A stretch of DNA of 49,478 nt from Planctomycetota bacterium (GTDB lineage: Bacteria; Planctomycetota; UBA1135; UBA2386). Where the stretch lies: contig JBNMND010000002.1 of assembly GCA_051274975.1 (NCBI GenBank), forward strand, positions 1 through 49,478. The letters are read 5' to 3'. A model generated the notes under the pieces. It did no database searches and was not told where the DNA came from. It worked only from the letters and a program-made list of their open reading frames with translations. Below are positions 45,976-49,478 of this stretch, piece after piece (the stretch's first letter is position 1; each line of letters starts with the position of its first letter). The translations under genes and the position numbers were made by a program.

Positions 45976-47943
45976 TTACCGACCTTGCACGGTCCGGACC
46001 CACTCCGCGTACCTACGGTCGAACCGAAATCGCACCAGCCGGCGGGCGCGATGGCTTGGCGTGAAGGCTTGTGTCGCCATGTCGAACATGCCCGCTTCGA
46101 TCAGCGTTGGAAACTCCGGCACTAGATCGATGGTGGTGGGCACGGGCAGCGCGTTGGCCAGGAAGAATTTGCCGAACGCGAAGCGGGCGATGTCGAAGGG
46201 ACGGTCGAGGTCTTCGGCGAGAATGCGCACGATATCGAGGCGTCCGTGGCTCTCCTGGGGCTTGGCGTGGTTCTGGCAGATGCAGCACAGGTAGCCGTTC
46301 GCCGTGAACACCGTCATGCGGAAGAATGGCCCCTTCACGCCGGGGAAGTTCAGGCCGAACGAGTCGCGCCCAGTCGCTTTGATCTCGTCGTATTGCTCTG
46401 CCAGCTCCGTCAAGCGATCGAAACCAAAGTCGACCACGCCATCTTCGTCCCCGGTCATGACCAGTTCGGGCAGTTCCTTTGGCGCAGCTGCAGGCACGAG
46501 CAGGCCGAGGTCGTCGAACCACCACGTCGAGCCTGCGGGCAAGGCGAACGGCGCAGTCCCTGGTTTCCCGAGCCGGAAGGTCTTCGGTGCAGTCGACAGC
46601 GGCCGCAGTGCGTACAGCGGCACATTGGCGCCAGAGAAGGGGGGGCGCAACATGCGGTCGACGCCGAAGTGTAGCTGGATCGACGTCTTTGCCTTGTTCA
46701 TGTGCGGCAAGCCGGCGACAAACATCGGGCCTTCGGGCACGGTTTCGGCTCGCTGCAGCATCGCTTCGTGCATCGTCGCCGACTGCTGGTCCGCTTGGTG
46801 CTGCACCGACCGCACGGCCACGAACGGACTGAGCCACGCCAGCACGATGACCAGCACGAACCATCGTCCGGCACTGGCCAGTAAGCCAGCGAATGCGATC
46901 GATGGCAGGTAGTAGTAACGCAGGTTGTGCGGACTGTCCGCCGTCCAGAACGTCACCATTGGTGCCATCGCGACGGTAAACGCGAGCAACGTCATGATGA
47001 CCATGCGTGGCCGTCTTACTATCGCGTAGACCAGAGCCGCCGCCACCGGGGCTCCGGCACCGAACAGGAACAGCCAAGTTGGAATCGCCGAGTCGCCACC
47101 GGGCGCGCCGATCCAGCGCAGCGGCAGCAGTTCGTCGAGCAGGATGCGGCCCAGGCCTTCGACTTTGGCGCCGATATCGATGAGGAAGTCACCGAAGCCA
47201 TACTCGGGCGGCAGGCTGCCGGCGTCGTAGCCGCCAAACTTGCCGAGCACCAAGATGCGGAACGGCAGGTAGAGCGCGAACAATAGCCACACCGGCCAGG
47301 TTGCTTGCACCGTGGCCCGCACACGTTGCAGTAATGAATGGCCAGCGCCTTCGCCACGCGACAGCTGCATCAGCGTCAGCCAGCTGCACAGCGGCGGCAC
47401 GACGAACGCCAGTTCTTTGCTCATCAACGCACACGCGGTGGCGACCAGCATCGGCCAGCTCGCGGCTTTTTGGCCGGCTGCTCGCTGTTCGTTGGCCCGC
47501 AGGCACAGCCACAATGCCATCAAGCACCAAACGGTGGTGTGGCTGTCGACGCGCCCGACACCCCACGCGATCGATCCGATGTGGCCGGGCATCATCGCCC
47601 ACAAGAACGCGGCGCCAAACGCTGAGCCGTTGCTTAGGAAGCGACGCCATAGCAGCGCCACCAGCAACGTGCTCGCAGCGTGCGCCAGCACATTGCTGCA
47701 GTGCCCGAATGGCGGGAATGCGCCGCCGACCATTTGGTCGAACCAAAAGCTCAGCGTGATCAGCGGCCGGTAGAACGCCCAGATGTCGGTCGCGCCATAC
47801 TGCCGCCCAACCAGGTCGGACGCGGCGTCCCCCAAGTTCTGTGAGTAGGCGACGGCAATGAAATCGTCGCTCGCCCAGTAGGCATCGATAGGCCACCAGA
47901 CGGCCATCGCCATGACTGGCAGCAGCCAGAACCATCGGGGCAT
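45976..47943 (-). CDS. GT-C fold membrane glycosyltransferase (PMT/ArnT, GT39/GT83-like) with a C-terminal soluble domain.
   Basis: There are about 11 hydrophobic segments. An acidic DD motif sits right after TM1 (WWPIDAYWASDDFIAVAY), as in GT-C enzymes. I preferred the ATG at 47943 over the GTG at 47961. Confidence 0.7.
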   Translation of the reverse strand: MPRWFWLLPVMAMAVWWPIDAYWASDDFIAVAYSQNLGDAASDLVGRQYGATDIWAFYRPLITLSFWFDQMVGGAFPPFGHCSNVLAHAASTLLVALLWRRFLSNGSAFGAAFLWAMMPGHIGSIAWGVGRVDSHTTVWCLMALWLCLRANEQRAAGQKAASWPMLVATACALMSKELAFVVPPLCSWLTLMQLSRGEGAGHSLLQRVRATVQATWPVWLLFALYLPFRILVLGKFGGYDAGSLPPEYGFGDFLIDIGAKVEGLGRILLDELLPLRWIGAPGGDSAIPTWLFLFGAGAPVAAALVYAIVRRPRMVIMTLLAFTVAMAPMVTFWTADSPHNLRYYYLPSIAFAGLLASAGRWFVLVIVLAWLSPFVAVRSVQHQADQQSATMHEAMLQRAETVPEGPMFVAGLPHMNKAKTSIQLHFGVDRMLRPPFSGANVPLYALRPLSTAPKTFRLGKPGTAPFALPAGSTWWFDDLGLLVPAAAPKELPELVMTGDEDGVVDFGFDRLTELAEQYDEIKATGRDSFGLNFPGVKGPFFRMTVFTANGYLCCICQNHAKPQESHGRLDIVRILAEDLDRPFDIARFAFGKFFLANALPVPTTIDLVPEFPTLIEAGMFDMATQAFTPSHRARRLVRFRFDRRYAEWVRTVQGR

Positions 47944-48164
47944 CGCAGTCAGTTCGCGCACTGTAGGTAGCCTACCTCGGACGGGTGCAGATCAGGGGTG
48001 GACTTCGATAGTGTCGTCGGCCGTGCCCTCGGTGCCATCGGATAAGTGGGGCGCGCAGGCGCAGTGTAAAACTCGTTCGAGCAACACCGAAGCGCCGCGC
48101 AATCGGCAAATGCCGCGATTCGAGCCGGACTTGGCGCTGGCAGTCAGGTAACTTGCTCCGCGTA

Positions 48165-48644
48165 ATGGGCAAACCGATTGTTGACCTCGCAACCCTCGAC
48201 CTGACGCAGGACGTCGTTCCGGACGAAGTCCTGCGCCGCTGCCTGCCGCAGGCCGACAAGTTCAAGTTGCTCGATGGCATCTGCCATCTGGACAAGGAGA
48301 ACAACATCGCAGTTGGCTACAAGGATTGGGGCGAGGACCCCTGGTGGGCGAAGGGGCACATCCCCGGCCGGCCGTTGATGCCCGGTGTGTTGATGATCGA
48401 AGGCGGCGCGCAGATCGCGACGTTCTTGGTCAAGCAGCAGGCGACGTGGGCGACCGACCAAATGATTGGTCTGGCCGGGATCGACGACGTGCGGGTGCGC
48501 GGTCAGATCGTGCCGCCGGCACGCGTCTACTTCGTCAGCAGTGTGCAGAAAATCAGTGGCCGCCGTCTCGCCCGCATGAACGCACAGGTGTTCAGCGAAG
48601 GCGCGATGAAGATGGAGATGGTCGTGATGGGCGCGATGCTCTAG
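48165..48644 (+). CDS. FabZ/FabA-family 3-hydroxyacyl-ACP dehydratase-like protein.
   Basis: The hot-dog fold signature is WWAKGHIPGRPLMPGVLMIEGGAQ, with the catalytic His and Glu positions conserved. A later segment reads GLAGIDDVRVRGQIVPP. It is not in an lpxD-fabZ-lpxA context. An alternative TTG start lies at 48153. Confidence 0.75.
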   Translation: MGKPIVDLATLDLTQDVVPDEVLRRCLPQADKFKLLDGICHLDKENNIAVGYKDWGEDPWWAKGHIPGRPLMPGVLMIEGGAQIATFLVKQQATWATDQMIGLAGIDDVRVRGQIVPPARVYFVSSVQKISGRRLARMNAQVFSEGAMKMEMVVMGAML

Positions 48645-48661
48645 CGAGCAAGGCGCGGAGC

Positions 48662-48695
48662 TTCTGCGCCAGCCTGCTTTCTGCGTCAGCCTGCT
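48662..48695. repeat. 17-bp tandem duplication (ttctgcg[c/t]cagcctgct x2) spanning the stop codon of the last gene.
   Basis: Read directly from the sequence: copies at 48662-48678 and 48679-48695 differ by one mismatch. The TAG of the minus-strand gene (48694-48696) lies at the repeat edge. Confidence 0.8.
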
Positions 48696-49478
48696 AGCGC
48701 AACTGCACGATGCGGATGTCTTTCAGCAGCGGTTCTTGGTTCTTGCGCAGAGTGATCTGCTGATCAACTCGCTGGAAGCCCTTGAACTGCACCGTGAATT
48801 GCCACGTGCCGGGGGTGAGGTTGTTGAACCGCAACCGCCCAATTGGATCGGTTTCGCCTTCGACCGGCTGTGCCGTTCGGCGGTCCGTGGCAACCGCGGT
48901 CACCGTCGCGCCTTCCATGCCATAGCCGTTGCGGTCATGCACACGAACGTCTACGCGCACGCCGCGCGGGATCACCATGACATGGCCCTGGCCCCGAATC
49001 TTGCGACCGTAGTTGCGGGTGCCTTCTAGCACCGTGACTACCTCCGGGTCGCCAAACGGTTTGTTCTCGAGCGTCGTCACCAGTTCGTATTGGCCGGAGA
49101 GCACGCTGTCGAAGATCACGCTGCCGAAGTTGTCACTCTTGCCGGCGAGTCGTGGCCGACCGTTCGGTAGTCCGACCGGGCGCATCAAGAGATCGATGTC
49201 GGTATGGAAGCCAGAGTCTTGGTCGCGCAGCAAGATCGAGTAAGGGGCACCCGGAGTGATTGCCAGCCTGATGTCGTGCAGCGGGTGTTCCTTGGTCACC
49301 GCCAGCATTCTCTGTCCGCCGTTGAGGCCGGGGGCGTGTAGCGTGACGCGATAAGGGTAATCAGAGAACGGTACGTTCGTGACCTTGAAGGTCGGCGTGC
49401 CTTCGCCGCGTTCGACTTGCGCATACATCAGCCCCGTTTTCTTGCGTGGGGCGCTGCCATTGCCATATGAACTGCGCA
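48694..49478 (-). CDS. Carboxypeptidase-regulatory-like (Ig-like beta-sandwich) repeat protein, 5'-partial (open to window edge).
   Basis: The frame stays open upstream of the track ATG (49428) to the end of the window (...RSSYGNGSAPRKKTGLMYAQ). Repeated patterns resembling V.V.V.D..G.P..GA.V (e.g. VDVRVHDRNGYGMEGATVTAV) suggest CarboxypepD_reg-like domains. Confidence 0.6.
   Translation of the reverse strand, partial: RSSYGNGSAPRKKTGLMYAQVERGEGTPTFKVTNVPFSDYPYRVTLHAPGLNGGQRMLAVTKEHPLHDIRLAITPGAPYSILLRDQDSGFHTDIDLLMRPVGLPNGRPRLAGKSDNFGSVIFDSVLSGQYELVTTLENKPFGDPEVVTVLEGTRNYGRKIRGQGHVMVIPRGVRVDVRVHDRNGYGMEGATVTAVATDRRTAQPVEGETDPIGRLRFNNLTPGTWQFTVQFKGFQRVDQQITLRKNQEPLLKDIRIVQLR

Overview
GC-rich chromosomal segment, roughly 60% GC by eye (not computed). 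It carries about 37 protein-coding genes and looks like core genome rather than an accessory island. The gene content suggests a Planctomycetota-like organism, but this is inference only. The supporting content is DUF1080, a prenyltransferase-like alpha/alpha-toroid secreted protein, an ECF sigma factor coupled to a Ser/Thr kinase with TPR repeats, MJ0042-type zinc-ribbon membrane proteins and GT-C glycosyltransferases.

Recognisable housekeeping genes are hslU, uvrB, uvrC, recQ-family, valS, acpH, rnhA, an RNase HII-family gene and a FabZ-family dehydratase.

Reading by eye, I found no rRNA, tRNA, CRISPR array, transposase, integrase or phage genes. No clear-cut new multi-gene system is demonstrable from sequence alone.

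The items most worth a second look are:
1. A THUMP-less archaeal/eukaryal-type Pus10 pseudouridine synthase next to a degenerate receiver domain.
2. A single-NBD (ClpB-D2/Skd3-like) AAA+ unfoldase with an unknown N-domain, divergent from a translationally coupled Ser/Thr kinase-YkgJ pair at the window centre.
3. A 5'-truncated NRPS-like protein: formyltransferase, then an adenylation domain interrupted by a luciferase-like monooxygenase, then a PCP.
4. A small DUF2007-like/zinc-ribbon ORF interrupted by one in-frame TGA that is followed by a GGUC-loop hairpin.
5. A 76-nt near-perfect foldback (31-nt arms) just upstream of an hslU that has no adjacent hslV.
6. Several spots where codon-position GC periodicity suggests unannotated or frameshifted coding sequence.

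Many long ORFs in the six-frame track are antisense shadows typical of GC-rich DNA and were rejected. Start codons are often ambiguous. Where I trimmed a track ORF, the reasoning is given in that feature's evidence.
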